From Nitrososphaeria archaeon (GTDB lineage: Archaea > Thermoproteota > Nitrososphaeria > Geothermarchaeales > JDFR-13), in NCBI GenBank assembly GCA_027078545.1, contig JALWXN010000004.1, forward strand, positions 892,133-956,132: a DNA stretch of 64,000 bases, read 5' to 3'. A program made the translations under genes and the position numbers. This document shows, one piece after another, positions 19,999 through 28,919 of this stretch; the stretch's first letter is position 1; each line of letters opens with the position of its first letter. The notes below the pieces were generated by a model. It did not search any database. It was not told the origin of the DNA and saw only the letters and a program-made list of their open reading frames with translations.

Positions 19999-20068
19999 TA
20001 TTTTCTGTGAGGAGGGGTTTGGAGGCCAGGCATTTCCATATGCTTAGAAACTTAAAAGACTCTATTCC

Positions 20069-20449
20069 CTAGATTTCTACACCGTGTTCCTTCAACATTT
20101 TTGAGAGTTTTGAAACCGTGTTGATGATATAGTCGACAGCTCTATCCATATCGATTATCCTTACTAGGAGCCTATGTCGCCAGAGGATCCTCTGGTTATT
20201 ATGGTCTATGAAACGTGTGAAGACCCTTTTAAGCTCGTCGGGAACCTGGATATCATTCTTCTTTAGGAAGAAGTCTACGTAGCACCATGTATAGGCATCC
20301 TCCTTATAGTCACTGGCATGGGCCAGGTCGAAGGATATGTAGAAGGGTATCCCGTTGGAGACGGTTATCCTATCCTCACTCCCCTCTATGGGGAACTCGA
20401 CCTCCTTGAGGCCATAGCCCTTGAGGTCGTTCCTGACTAGGAACTCCAC
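20069..20449 (-). CDS. hypothetical protein
   Basis: 126-aa ORF with no recognisable motif; divergent from the 563-aa gene. Confidence 0.4.
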   Translation of the reverse strand: MEFLVRNDLKGYGLKEVEFPIEGSEDRITVSNGIPFYISFDLAHASDYKEDAYTWCYVDFFLKKNDIQVPDELKRVFTRFIDHNNQRILWRHRLLVRIIDMDRAVDYIINTVSKLSKMLKEHGVEI

Positions 20450-20636
20450 AATAGCCCTTCGCCGCTTCTTATTCAGCTCTGCTAGATTCGAAATCGCCCC
20501 TCCCCTCCCGACTCACTGGGATCTCCATATTAGCCCGGTATTACCAATATCTAACTATATGGTTAATATATTACAAAAACACCCACCTTGACATATATAG
20601 CGCCCAAGAGGGGATGATGAGGGAGCGGTGCATATC

Positions 20637-22319
20637 ATGTCGCAGGAGATAACCCTCAACAACCTTGTGAAGGAGTATTTCTCCAGCCTCCTACAGATAT
20701 ATCCCCATCTAGGCCTAGACCTAGACATCAATATCAGCACCGAGCTTCCCGACATGTCTATAGACGTCATAGAGAGGGAGAAGGGGCTCATAAAGCTGAC
20801 CCTGGAGAGGCTGGAGGACATAAGCTTCGAGGATCTAAGCCTGGATGGGAAGGTACAATACCTAAGTTTTAGGGACTATCTCAGGCTTAGGCTCTTCTTC
20901 ATAGAGGACTGGCAGCTATGGCGTATGTATCCCGAGTCCCTCGACATACTCATCAAGATCCTGACATACATCCTATACAACCCGAAGATAAGCCTGGAGG
21001 AGAAGGTCGTACAGATAGCCGAGTATCTAGACGATCTACACCGCTTCCTAGAGCTTAGTAAGCAGAGGATTAGGAGGCCCCTGAAGCTGCTTGTGGAGCT
21101 GGGCCTCCTCATGGTGACGTATCTCAAGCAGCTACTGACATATATCGAGGAGGAGGCGGGTAAGGATCCGAAGGCTGCAAAGGTTTTCAGCAAGTATAAG
21201 CAGAGGTTCGACAGGGCGATGGACTACCTCGACGACTATAAGAACTGGCTAACCAACCTTAGGCAGAGGGAGCTCTTCGACATATCGATGGGTGAGCAGC
21301 TCCTAGAGAAGCTTATAAGGGTTAGGAAGCTGGGCTCAAGTGTCAAGAGGATTCAGAACATATTGAAGGCAGACATCCTGAAGATAGAGGAGGAGATCGA
21401 GAGGAAGCTCGCGGTCATGAACATGTCCAGCCTCAGGGACTACCTAGAATCGGTGAGGGAGGTAACGTATAAGGATCCATACATGATCTCCTCGAGGTAT
21501 GAACAGGTATTCGTCGATACTAGAAGGCTACTCCTCGAGAACAACCTACTAGAGCTGCCAGAGATAGAGCTCGACATCAACATAGTCCCCTTCAGGGCAT
21601 ACTACGTAACCCCTATATTCAGCTATAGAACAAATGTGCTCGATGGTAAGCTGAAGATAGAGATCTACATCAGGGTGAAGGACGAGGAGGACGCTAAGTG
21701 GCACAACGAGTTCGAGAGCCAGCTGAGAATCGTCAGGGACATCATACCGGGCTCAGCCCTAATAAGCTACTACCTCAAGAAGTCTGGTAACCTGCTGCAG
21801 AAGATCCTCGACATCCCCGAGTACCAGGTGGGCTGGGGATACTTCGTACAGGACATGATGGTCGATGTAGGTATACTCAGCGGCGAGGATATGGAGCTCC
21901 TAAACCTGGTGGAGAAGTATAAACTAGCACTCCTCGCAAAGATGGATCTAGAGATGAATCTGGGGAAGATAACCCATGTACAGGCGGCCAAGTTCCTGAA
22001 GCAGGCCGACGGAGTCTTCAGCGACGACGAGGTGATAATAGGGACGATGGAGATCATGACAACCCCGACTATGCACCTATCAAACTACCTCGCATACAAG
22101 TTCTACAAAAGGATGATCAGGATACTCAGGGGCATCTCAGACGAGGGGCCCTACGCAGCGGACAGGGATGCGGAGAAGGAGAGGGAGTCGAAGATCTTCA
22201 ACTATAGATGGTTCGCCGAAAAGATCTTCAAGTATGCCGTGACCCCACATAGATACCTGGAGAGCCTACTCCTAAGGGACTATGCTTCGGACAAGATAGA
22301 TAGGGAGTTTAGAGGCTAG
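20637..22319 (+). CDS. hypothetical protein, large and predicted alpha-helical (possibly DUF885-like; very uncertain)
   Basis: About 560 aa, no catalytic motif recognised (no HExxH). ATG 20637 preferred over GTG 20628; TATA-like ACATATATAG at 20591-20600. Confidence 0.5.
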   Translation: MSQEITLNNLVKEYFSSLLQIYPHLGLDLDINISTELPDMSIDVIEREKGLIKLTLERLEDISFEDLSLDGKVQYLSFRDYLRLRLFFIEDWQLWRMYPESLDILIKILTYILYNPKISLEEKVVQIAEYLDDLHRFLELSKQRIRRPLKLLVELGLLMVTYLKQLLTYIEEEAGKDPKAAKVFSKYKQRFDRAMDYLDDYKNWLTNLRQRELFDISMGEQLLEKLIRVRKLGSSVKRIQNILKADILKIEEEIERKLAVMNMSSLRDYLESVREVTYKDPYMISSRYEQVFVDTRRLLLENNLLELPEIELDINIVPFRAYYVTPIFSYRTNVLDGKLKIEIYIRVKDEEDAKWHNEFESQLRIVRDIIPGSALISYYLKKSGNLLQKILDIPEYQVGWGYFVQDMMVDVGILSGEDMELLNLVEKYKLALLAKMDLEMNLGKITHVQAAKFLKQADGVFSDDEVIIGTMEIMTTPTMHLSNYLAYKFYKRMIRILRGISDEGPYAADRDAEKERESKIFNYRWFAEKIFKYAVTPHRYLESLLLRDYASDKIDREFRG

Positions 22320-23172
22320 CAAGTATAACGGCCACGGTATAGACTACGAAGAGGTATGGACTCGTAATCTTGAAGAGCGTCCATACATCCCTCATATTGG
22401 GCCGGGTAACCACGCGGTAGGAGTAGTATAGCACCAAGATGTTAAGCGCCGCCAGGGTCCCTAGGAAGGCTGGATGGGTATATATACCACCTGCAAAGGG
22501 GAGGAGTAGGCTAGAGACCGCCAGTGCAACAGCGGATAGGCCTATGACCTTGATACTACGGTCCTCATCAAGTATAGAGGTGTACATAGGCACACCAGCC
22601 CTCCTATAGTCATCCCTATAGACGAGGGCCAATGTCCATATGTGAAGGGGAGTCCATATCACGACTAGGAGGAATAGGAGCCAGGCATCGAGCGGGATAG
22701 TCCCATCATAAGCGGCGTAGCCGATGAGTGTGGGTACACCCCCTGAGGGGGCGCCCAGAATAATGTTTAGTGGGGTCCTCCTCTTACTCCATAGGCTATA
22801 TACAACCACGTTGTCGAAGAGGCCTATAGCCATCAGGATGGCTGAGAGGGGGTTTAGGAGGAGGGCAAGGGTTATGCTCGATATGGATAGGAGGAGGCCA
22901 TAATACAGTGCATATCCAGGGTCGAGCCTCCCACTAGGGATAGGCCTCTTCATAGTCCTCTTCATAACAGCGTCTATATCCCTATCGATATACCCAGTCA
23001 ATGTGTTCGCCCCACCCGTCCCCAGGATGAGAGCTATGGTTAGGATGAGGAGCCTAGTATCTATAGAGCCACGAGAGGCTATCAGGTATCCAGCCACACC
23101 TGTATAGACCAGGAGGGACCATATACGTGGCTTAGTAACCTCGATATACTCCCTAAGCCCCATTACAATCAA
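22309..23172 (-). CDS. ctaB: protoheme IX farnesyltransferase (heme O synthase), UbiA family
   Basis: EVTKPRIW N-terminus, YIDRDIDAVMKRTMKRPIPSG (DxxxD prenyltransferase motif), multiple TM segments. Confidence 0.8.
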   Translation of the reverse strand: MIVMGLREYIEVTKPRIWSLLVYTGVAGYLIASRGSIDTRLLILTIALILGTGGANTLTGYIDRDIDAVMKRTMKRPIPSGRLDPGYALYYGLLLSISSITLALLLNPLSAILMAIGLFDNVVVYSLWSKRRTPLNIILGAPSGGVPTLIGYAAYDGTIPLDAWLLFLLVVIWTPLHIWTLALVYRDDYRRAGVPMYTSILDEDRSIKVIGLSAVALAVSSLLLPFAGGIYTHPAFLGTLAALNILVLYYSYRVVTRPNMRDVWTLFKITSPYLFVVYTVAVILASL

Positions 23173-23241
23173 GTATTAAAGTCGGGCCTACAACCGTTAA
23201 ATTGGGGTCGTATAATAGGATATATATTGGCCTCCCGGGGG

Positions 23242-24303
23242 ATGGGGCCCTTGCTAAACACGGTCTTCAACAAACAGGTATTCAGACCCGGCGAGACGAT
23301 AAAGGCATACATAACGTTGAATATCCCCGACAGGATAGAGGTGGAGTATGGCCAGCTAGATCTTAAATATATCTTCCGATCCCGGGAGGTCGACGGAGGG
23401 TTCAAGAAGATCTATATCGATGAGAGCCTAGGCTTCATGAAGCCCGGCCCCTACAACCCAGGCGTCTATAGCTACAACGTGACATATACGATCCCCACCA
23501 ACGTCCCCCCATCCTTCAGGGGGAGGATACTGGAGGGGGTGCTTCGATACGAATGTATAGTGAAGGCTAGGGGAGGCTTCTCACTCAGGAGGACGGGCGA
23601 ACTCATCATCACCAAGGGGTATGAATCGCCTAGCCAGGAGACGCTATACTCCATCTCCTCAGGCGATATACACCTCACCCTACTCCTCGACAGGCCGGTC
23701 AAGGGGAGGATACTGAGGGGTGTACTCACCATCGAGGAGGGTAGGGAGCTGGTCAGGAGGATATTCCTAGACCTATGTATCTACGAGGGCTACAGGGTGC
23801 AGAAACTCCTATTCCTGAAGAACTTCAGGGAGACGAGTAGATGTATAACGATCCACTCTATAGGGGTGGATAGGCGTGGAATGGGGAGCTACCCCTTCAG
23901 GGCCGACCTATCAAGGATGCTTGGGGGTAGGGCGATATATACAGCCCCCTATGCAGACGGCGATATCCGTTTCCAGACATACCTGAGGCTCAGGATGATA
24001 ACAAGGGAGGGTATGAGGACATACTACCAGCCCATAGAGTGGTATCCATATGAGGAGAGTGAGGATACCCAGGTAGAGACAGAGGTCCTCACCATGGAGG
24101 AGAGGATTAGGAGGGCGATCATAGAGTTTTTCGAGGTGAACCTAGAGGGGGACATCATAGATATCCAGGAATACCTTGAGGTGAAGGGCTTCAGCGTAAA
24201 TATCCACATGCTGGAGAGGATGATCAGGGGGCTGATAGAGGAGGGCGTCCTACAGGAGGCCGATAACAACCCGATACTGAAGAAATATAGGCTCAGGGGC
24301 TGA
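23242..24303 (+). CDS. hypothetical protein (possible arrestin-like/SpoOM-like beta-sandwich with C-terminal winged-helix-like tail)
   Basis: Beta-rich N-terminal region, helical acidic/basic C-terminus; ATG 23242 preferred over TTG 23227. Fold assignment is a guess. Confidence 0.4.
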   Translation: MGPLLNTVFNKQVFRPGETIKAYITLNIPDRIEVEYGQLDLKYIFRSREVDGGFKKIYIDESLGFMKPGPYNPGVYSYNVTYTIPTNVPPSFRGRILEGVLRYECIVKARGGFSLRRTGELIITKGYESPSQETLYSISSGDIHLTLLLDRPVKGRILRGVLTIEEGRELVRRIFLDLCIYEGYRVQKLLFLKNFRETSRCITIHSIGVDRRGMGSYPFRADLSRMLGGRAIYTAPYADGDIRFQTYLRLRMITREGMRTYYQPIEWYPYEESEDTQVETEVLTMEERIRRAIIEFFEVNLEGDIIDIQEYLEVKGFSVNIHMLERMIRGLIEEGVLQEADNNPILKKYRLRG

Positions 24304-25210
24304 GCCTCCTATAGACCGTATAGGCAAGGTAGCCATCCTGTACAGCGGTGCCCACACTCTTGAATATCGTCAGCTCATCACTAGACTCCCTACCAGCTAC
24401 ACGCCCAAGCAGGAGCTCCGAGAAGAGATGTACATCACCCCTGGATACCAGGCCCTCCCTAATAGCGAGTCCAACCTCACCCACTTCATAGAGGTCGGGA
24501 CTATCTATGAACACCTTGTCAGCCGACGCCACTAGCCGTGGATCCAGCTCGGCACTATCCCTACCCATATAGCCCATACTAGCTATGTGCCTACCCCTAG
24601 GCGAGGAGTCTATAACAGGCTCACTACTCGTAGTAGCTGTGATGACCACCTCAGCTCTCTCCACGACCTCGCCTGGTGAGGACACTACATATGCCTCTAC
24701 ACCCCTCCTACCCAGCTCCTCAGCATACTTCACGGCCTTCCCAACCCTCCTGTTATGGAGATATACACGCCTAACCCCTGGGAACCACTCTAGATGCATC
24801 TCTAGGCTCGCCCTCCCTATACGGCCCACCCCAATAAGCCCAATAGTCTCCGGCTCCCCGTAGAGCTCGATCGTCGATACTAGGGCCATACCAGCTGTAC
24901 GTAGAACGGTTATAGAGACACCGTCGACGAGGCATAGCGGCTCCATAGACCCCAGGTCGTATACAAAGACATATGCATTGAAGGGCCTACCGTCGAAGGG
25001 ATAGTCCACAACCTTCAGCGTATAGACCCCATACTCCCTGATGTGGCATGGCATAGCCCCTAGGAAGCGTGACCCACCCTCTATCAGGAGCTCAGACCTG
25101 GGGGGCTGGTCGACACCCGGGTCTAGGAAGCCTCGGAACGCCCTGTACACAGACTCTACGACATCCCTGAGGGGTAGAGACTCAACCTCCTCCCTACCTA
25201 TCACCCTCAT
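24293..25210 (-). CDS. ornithine cyclodeaminase / mu-crystallin family protein (archaeal alanine dehydrogenase-like)
   Basis: NAD-binding GLIGVGRIGRASLE, family-typical TIFKSVGTAVQD. Confidence 0.75.
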   Translation of the reverse strand: MRVIGREEVESLPLRDVVESVYRAFRGFLDPGVDQPPRSELLIEGGSRFLGAMPCHIREYGVYTLKVVDYPFDGRPFNAYVFVYDLGSMEPLCLVDGVSITVLRTAGMALVSTIELYGEPETIGLIGVGRIGRASLEMHLEWFPGVRRVYLHNRRVGKAVKYAEELGRRGVEAYVVSSPGEVVERAEVVITATTSSEPVIDSSPRGRHIASMGYMGRDSAELDPRLVASADKVFIDSPDLYEVGEVGLAIREGLVSRGDVHLFSELLLGRVAGRESSDELTIFKSVGTAVQDGYLAYTVYRRLSP

Positions 25211-26142
25211 GGCTCCTCTACACCCACATACTCCATGATTAGAGCCCTATACCTATCGGGATCCTCTACATAGCCCATATACATGCCCTGACCACCTCCA
25301 CCCCGGCCTCCACACTCACCCCTTATCCTAGCCTTAAGACCCTCTATATCCACACCAGAGCTGGCTAGGAAGACCCTATGCCTCTCGCCATCCCAGCTGA
25401 GTACCGAGAGGATATCTACTCCACGCTCATCCATAACGTGTCTAGCCCGGCTAGTAACCCTCTTCATATCGAGGTGGGGAAGCTCTATAGCTAGGAGGCT
25501 ATACCTACCCCTCAGCAACGGCCACCTCGAGAGGGCAGTGTCGACCACCATCCTCGAAGCCTTCTCCAACCTATCCTCAAGCTCCTTAAGACCCTCTACA
25601 CGGCTATAGAGATCCTCTAGGGACGAGCCTAGTAGGCGTGACATGCTATACATGTTGGAGGCGCTCTCAAGGGCATACTCGACGGCCCTCTCCCCAGTAT
25701 AGAACTCCAGCTCATAGAGCCCGGAGCGGACCCTCCTAAGCAGCCTAGGTACCACTAGCCGTACTTCTGACGCCCTCTCCACATGAGGGTTTATACATGC
25801 CGAGGCGTCGTAGTCACCTATCCTGACCACCCTTATAAACTCCTTATCACCCAGCCTCTCCTCATATGCCCTGAGGCCGGGATACCTTGCCCTAGCCTCC
25901 TCAAGGCTCCCGAAGACCTCCACGTGGAACGGCAGGTCATCAGTGATAGCCCTGTTAGCCATCCTCGCAGCCTCCACAACAGTCTCCCAATCAATATCGC
26001 CGTCATACCTGAGGAACGCCTTGTCCACACCTGTATCTTCATGGACTACCCTCACCACCTTGAGCCCGGGCACTAGCTTGTATAGACTACCCACGAGGAG
26101 ATGCTCCCCCGAGTGTCTAACCCTTATATCCCTGTTCTCCAC
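25207..26142 (-). CDS. alaX: alanyl-tRNA editing protein AlaX-like (AlaRS editing domain homolog)
   Basis: Zinc-binding HSGEHLL (HxxxH) and CINPHV (CxxxH); C-terminal glycine-rich CGGRGGGGQG resembling the AlaRS C-terminal motif. Confidence 0.65.
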   Translation of the reverse strand: MENRDIRVRHSGEHLLVGSLYKLVPGLKVVRVVHEDTGVDKAFLRYDGDIDWETVVEAARMANRAITDDLPFHVEVFGSLEEARARYPGLRAYEERLGDKEFIRVVRIGDYDASACINPHVERASEVRLVVPRLLRRVRSGLYELEFYTGERAVEYALESASNMYSMSRLLGSSLEDLYSRVEGLKELEDRLEKASRMVVDTALSRWPLLRGRYSLLAIELPHLDMKRVTSRARHVMDERGVDILSVLSWDGERHRVFLASSGVDIEGLKARIRGECGGRGGGGQGMYMGYVEDPDRYRALIMEYVGVEEP

Positions 26143-26216
26143 CTCGAGACACCCCGTGGGGACAAGCCATTATAAACACCCCAAGCCGGAATAATTATTT
26201 TAACACGCTCCGAGGG

Positions 26217-28910
26217 GTGGTCATTATTGAATACAACCTCAGGATCGGCCTCGAGGTACACATCCCACTCTCAACAGTAGAGACCAAGCTGTTCTGCACC
26301 TGCCCAAACCCGTTCAGACATCCTCCTGAGAGGCCTAACCAGTACGTATGCCCCACATGCCTAGGCCTACCCGGAGCCCTACCCAGCCCCAATATGGAGG
26401 CTATTAGGAAGGCGATAATCCTAGCGAAGGCCCTGAAGATGGAGATACCCAGGAAGATACAGTTCTATAGGAAGCATTATCTATACCCAGACCTACCCAA
26501 GGGATACCAGATAACCCAGTACATGGCTGGTGGAGACCTCCCAATAGGGATTAGGGGAGGGATGCTCTTCAGGGAGAGGTATATAGGGATAAGGAGGATA
26601 CAGCTGGAGGAGGATCCAGCCAAGCTGGAGCACCCAGGGGGGCTAGGCGAGTCGAGCAGGACGCTTATCGACTATAACAGGTCTGGCGCCCCACTGATAG
26701 AGCTTGTTACTGAGCCCGAGCTATACAGCCCTAGGGAGGCTAGGATATTCATAGAGGAGCTGACCAGACTCCTGGTCACCACGGGCATAATAGCTGAGGA
26801 TACACAGCCAAAGGTGGATGCAAACATATCTATCGAGGGTGGGCCTAGGGTAGAGATCAAGAACATATCCTCCCCAAGGGATGTGGAGAAGGCCCTGAGC
26901 TACGAGGCAATGAGGATGGCTAGATACATGGAGCAGGGTGTAAGGATCAGACGGGAGACGAGGCACTGGGACGATAGGAGGAGGGTCACGATACCCCTTA
27001 GGGAGAAGGAGTATGAGGAGGAGTATAGATACATACCCGATCCCAACCTCCCACCGATAGACATATCCGACATGATAGCCGAGGTCGAGGAGCCGGAGAC
27101 CCCCCTGAAGATCCTGGAGAGACTCATCAGGGATGGGGTCGATGTATACCCGGCCAAGATCATAGCCTCGGACAAGAGGCTCCTAAGAATCTACGAGGAG
27201 GCCTCGGAGGGTCTTGGTAAAAAGGCTAGGATGGAGCTGGCGAAGACACTTGTAAACGAGGCTAAACACATGCTCAACACAGGGAAGACTGTGGAGGAGC
27301 TCATAGAGACTATGAAGCCCCTATACCAGCTGGTGGATAAGGGCATCATCACCCCGGCAGAGGCGAGGAAGAAGCTCCTAGGGAGGAGGGGGCTGAGACA
27401 GGCCGACACAGGGGAGATACTCAAGACGCTTGAGGAAGTCCTCAGAGAGGTGGATCCAAGTAGGAGGAGGAGCCTAGACTACGTGGTCGGCACCGTGCTC
27501 AGGAGGCTCAGGGAGAGGGGGCTCGACGCAGATCCAAGGATTATTGCTGAGTATGCCCGTGGAAAGATCGAGACTGCTAGGAAGATAGAGGTTAGGAGGG
27601 CTAGGGCTGGAGGGGAGAGGGTGTATAAGGGCGCCGTGGAGGCCCCTAGGCCGCTGGATCCCAGCCAGCTACCCAGCCTGGTTGGCTCAGAGGCGGTCAT
27701 AGGCGGCTGGATAGAGACTCGGGCATACGTGGGGGACAAACTATTCCTAAGGCTCAGGCATTGGAGGGGCACTATACAGGTGGTGGCCCATGGGGATATC
27801 CGGGCCTACCAATACCTGTCGAGCCTCCCGAGAGAGGCATACATAGTCGTTAGGGGAAGGGTAGTCAGGGACTCCAGAGCCCCAGGCGGGCTAGAGATCC
27901 ACGCATCAGAGGTAATCCCCATAGGTACATCCACCGACCCACCAATGACGCTGATGGACCTGGCCAGGTCAAGTCTCCCAACCAGGGTCAGGCATAGATA
28001 CCTAGACATTAGGAGGCGTAGGGTAAGGGCTGTCCTATACATAAGGGCGAGGCTACTAGAGATCGTTAGGAGCCTCCTAACCAGGAAGGGCTTCGTGGAG
28101 ATACAGACACCCACGATAATAGCCTCGGCCACGGAGGGAGGGGCGGAGCTATTCCCACTGATATACTATGGTAGGGAGGCCTTCCTAGCCCAGAGCCCCC
28201 AGCTATATAAACAGATGGCTATAAACGCCTTCGAGAAGGTCTTCGAGATCGATAGCTACTACCGCGCCCAGAAGTTCGACACCCCACGCCACCTAGCGGA
28301 GTTCTGGTCCCTAGACGTCGAGGTCGCCCACCATGGGCTGGATGATCTGATCAGCCTAGCCAGGGAGATACTCCTAGAGATACATGGGACGCTCCCCTCA
28401 AAGGCGGGTGACGAGCTCATGCTCCTAGGGGTTGAACTTGAGCCAGGGCCTAGCTTCGCGGAGATGAGTTATGACGAGGCTGTGGAGATATCGGGGACGA
28501 GGTATGGCGAGGACATCTCTGCAGAGGCGTTGAGAGAGGTGTATAGGGAGGCGGGCGCTAGATACCTGTTCATAACCCACTGGCCAGAGGAGACCAGGGC
28601 CTTCTACTACCGCTCGATAGACGGTATAACCAAGAGCTTCGACCTCGTAGGACCCTTCACAGGGACGCCTATAGAGCTCGCCAGTGGCGGGGAGAGGATA
28701 AACAGCTATGACGAGCTCGTCAGGAGCATAAGGAGGAGGGGTCTGAGGGAGGAATCGTATGGATGGTACCTAGAGATGTTTAGGTATGGAATGCCCCCAC
28801 ACGGAGGCTTCGGGCTGGGGATAGACAGGCTACTAGCATCCCTCCTAGGCCTCGACTCAGTGCTGGAGGCCACTCTAGTGCCCAGGACGCCCAAGTACTA
28901 CATCCCATAG
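26217..28910 (+). CDS. gatB-aspS: apparent fusion protein: aspartyl/glutamyl-tRNA amidotransferase subunit B (N-terminal ~470 aa) joined to a complete class II aspartyl-tRNA synthetase (C-terminal ~420 aa)
   Basis: GatB part: GLEVHIPL, KLFCTCPNPF, CPTCLGLPGALPSPN, RKHYLYPDLPKGYQITQ, IDYNRSGAPLIELVTEP, EYRYIPDPNLPP, YqeY-like tail. AspRS part: OB-fold GGWIETRAYVGDKLFLRLRHWRGTIQVV, motif 1 GFVEIQTPTI, QSPQLYKQ, motif 2-like YYRAQKFDTPRHLAEFWSLDVE, motif 3 GGFGLGIDRLLASLLG. One frame, no stop between; GTG start with TATA-like boxes at 26170-26176 and 26190-26204. Confidence 0.8.
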   Translation: MVIIEYNLRIGLEVHIPLSTVETKLFCTCPNPFRHPPERPNQYVCPTCLGLPGALPSPNMEAIRKAIILAKALKMEIPRKIQFYRKHYLYPDLPKGYQITQYMAGGDLPIGIRGGMLFRERYIGIRRIQLEEDPAKLEHPGGLGESSRTLIDYNRSGAPLIELVTEPELYSPREARIFIEELTRLLVTTGIIAEDTQPKVDANISIEGGPRVEIKNISSPRDVEKALSYEAMRMARYMEQGVRIRRETRHWDDRRRVTIPLREKEYEEEYRYIPDPNLPPIDISDMIAEVEEPETPLKILERLIRDGVDVYPAKIIASDKRLLRIYEEASEGLGKKARMELAKTLVNEAKHMLNTGKTVEELIETMKPLYQLVDKGIITPAEARKKLLGRRGLRQADTGEILKTLEEVLREVDPSRRRSLDYVVGTVLRRLRERGLDADPRIIAEYARGKIETARKIEVRRARAGGERVYKGAVEAPRPLDPSQLPSLVGSEAVIGGWIETRAYVGDKLFLRLRHWRGTIQVVAHGDIRAYQYLSSLPREAYIVVRGRVVRDSRAPGGLEIHASEVIPIGTSTDPPMTLMDLARSSLPTRVRHRYLDIRRRRVRAVLYIRARLLEIVRSLLTRKGFVEIQTPTIIASATEGGAELFPLIYYGREAFLAQSPQLYKQMAINAFEKVFEIDSYYRAQKFDTPRHLAEFWSLDVEVAHHGLDDLISLAREILLEIHGTLPSKAGDELMLLGVELEPGPSFAEMSYDEAVEISGTRYGEDISAEALREVYREAGARYLFITHWPEETRAFYYRSIDGITKSFDLVGPFTGTPIELASGGERINSYDELVRSIRRRGLREESYGWYLEMFRYGMPPHGGFGLGIDRLLASLLGLDSVLEATLVPRTPKYYIP

Positions 28911-28919
28911 GTGGTGCAT

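Noticed and set aside
20476-20495. GATTCGAAATCG segment resembling a tRNA T-loop
   Set aside because: No acceptor stem complementarity or anticodon arm could be built around it; the surrounding sequence is AT-rich promoter-like DNA, not the GC-rich stems expected for a hyperthermophile tRNA.
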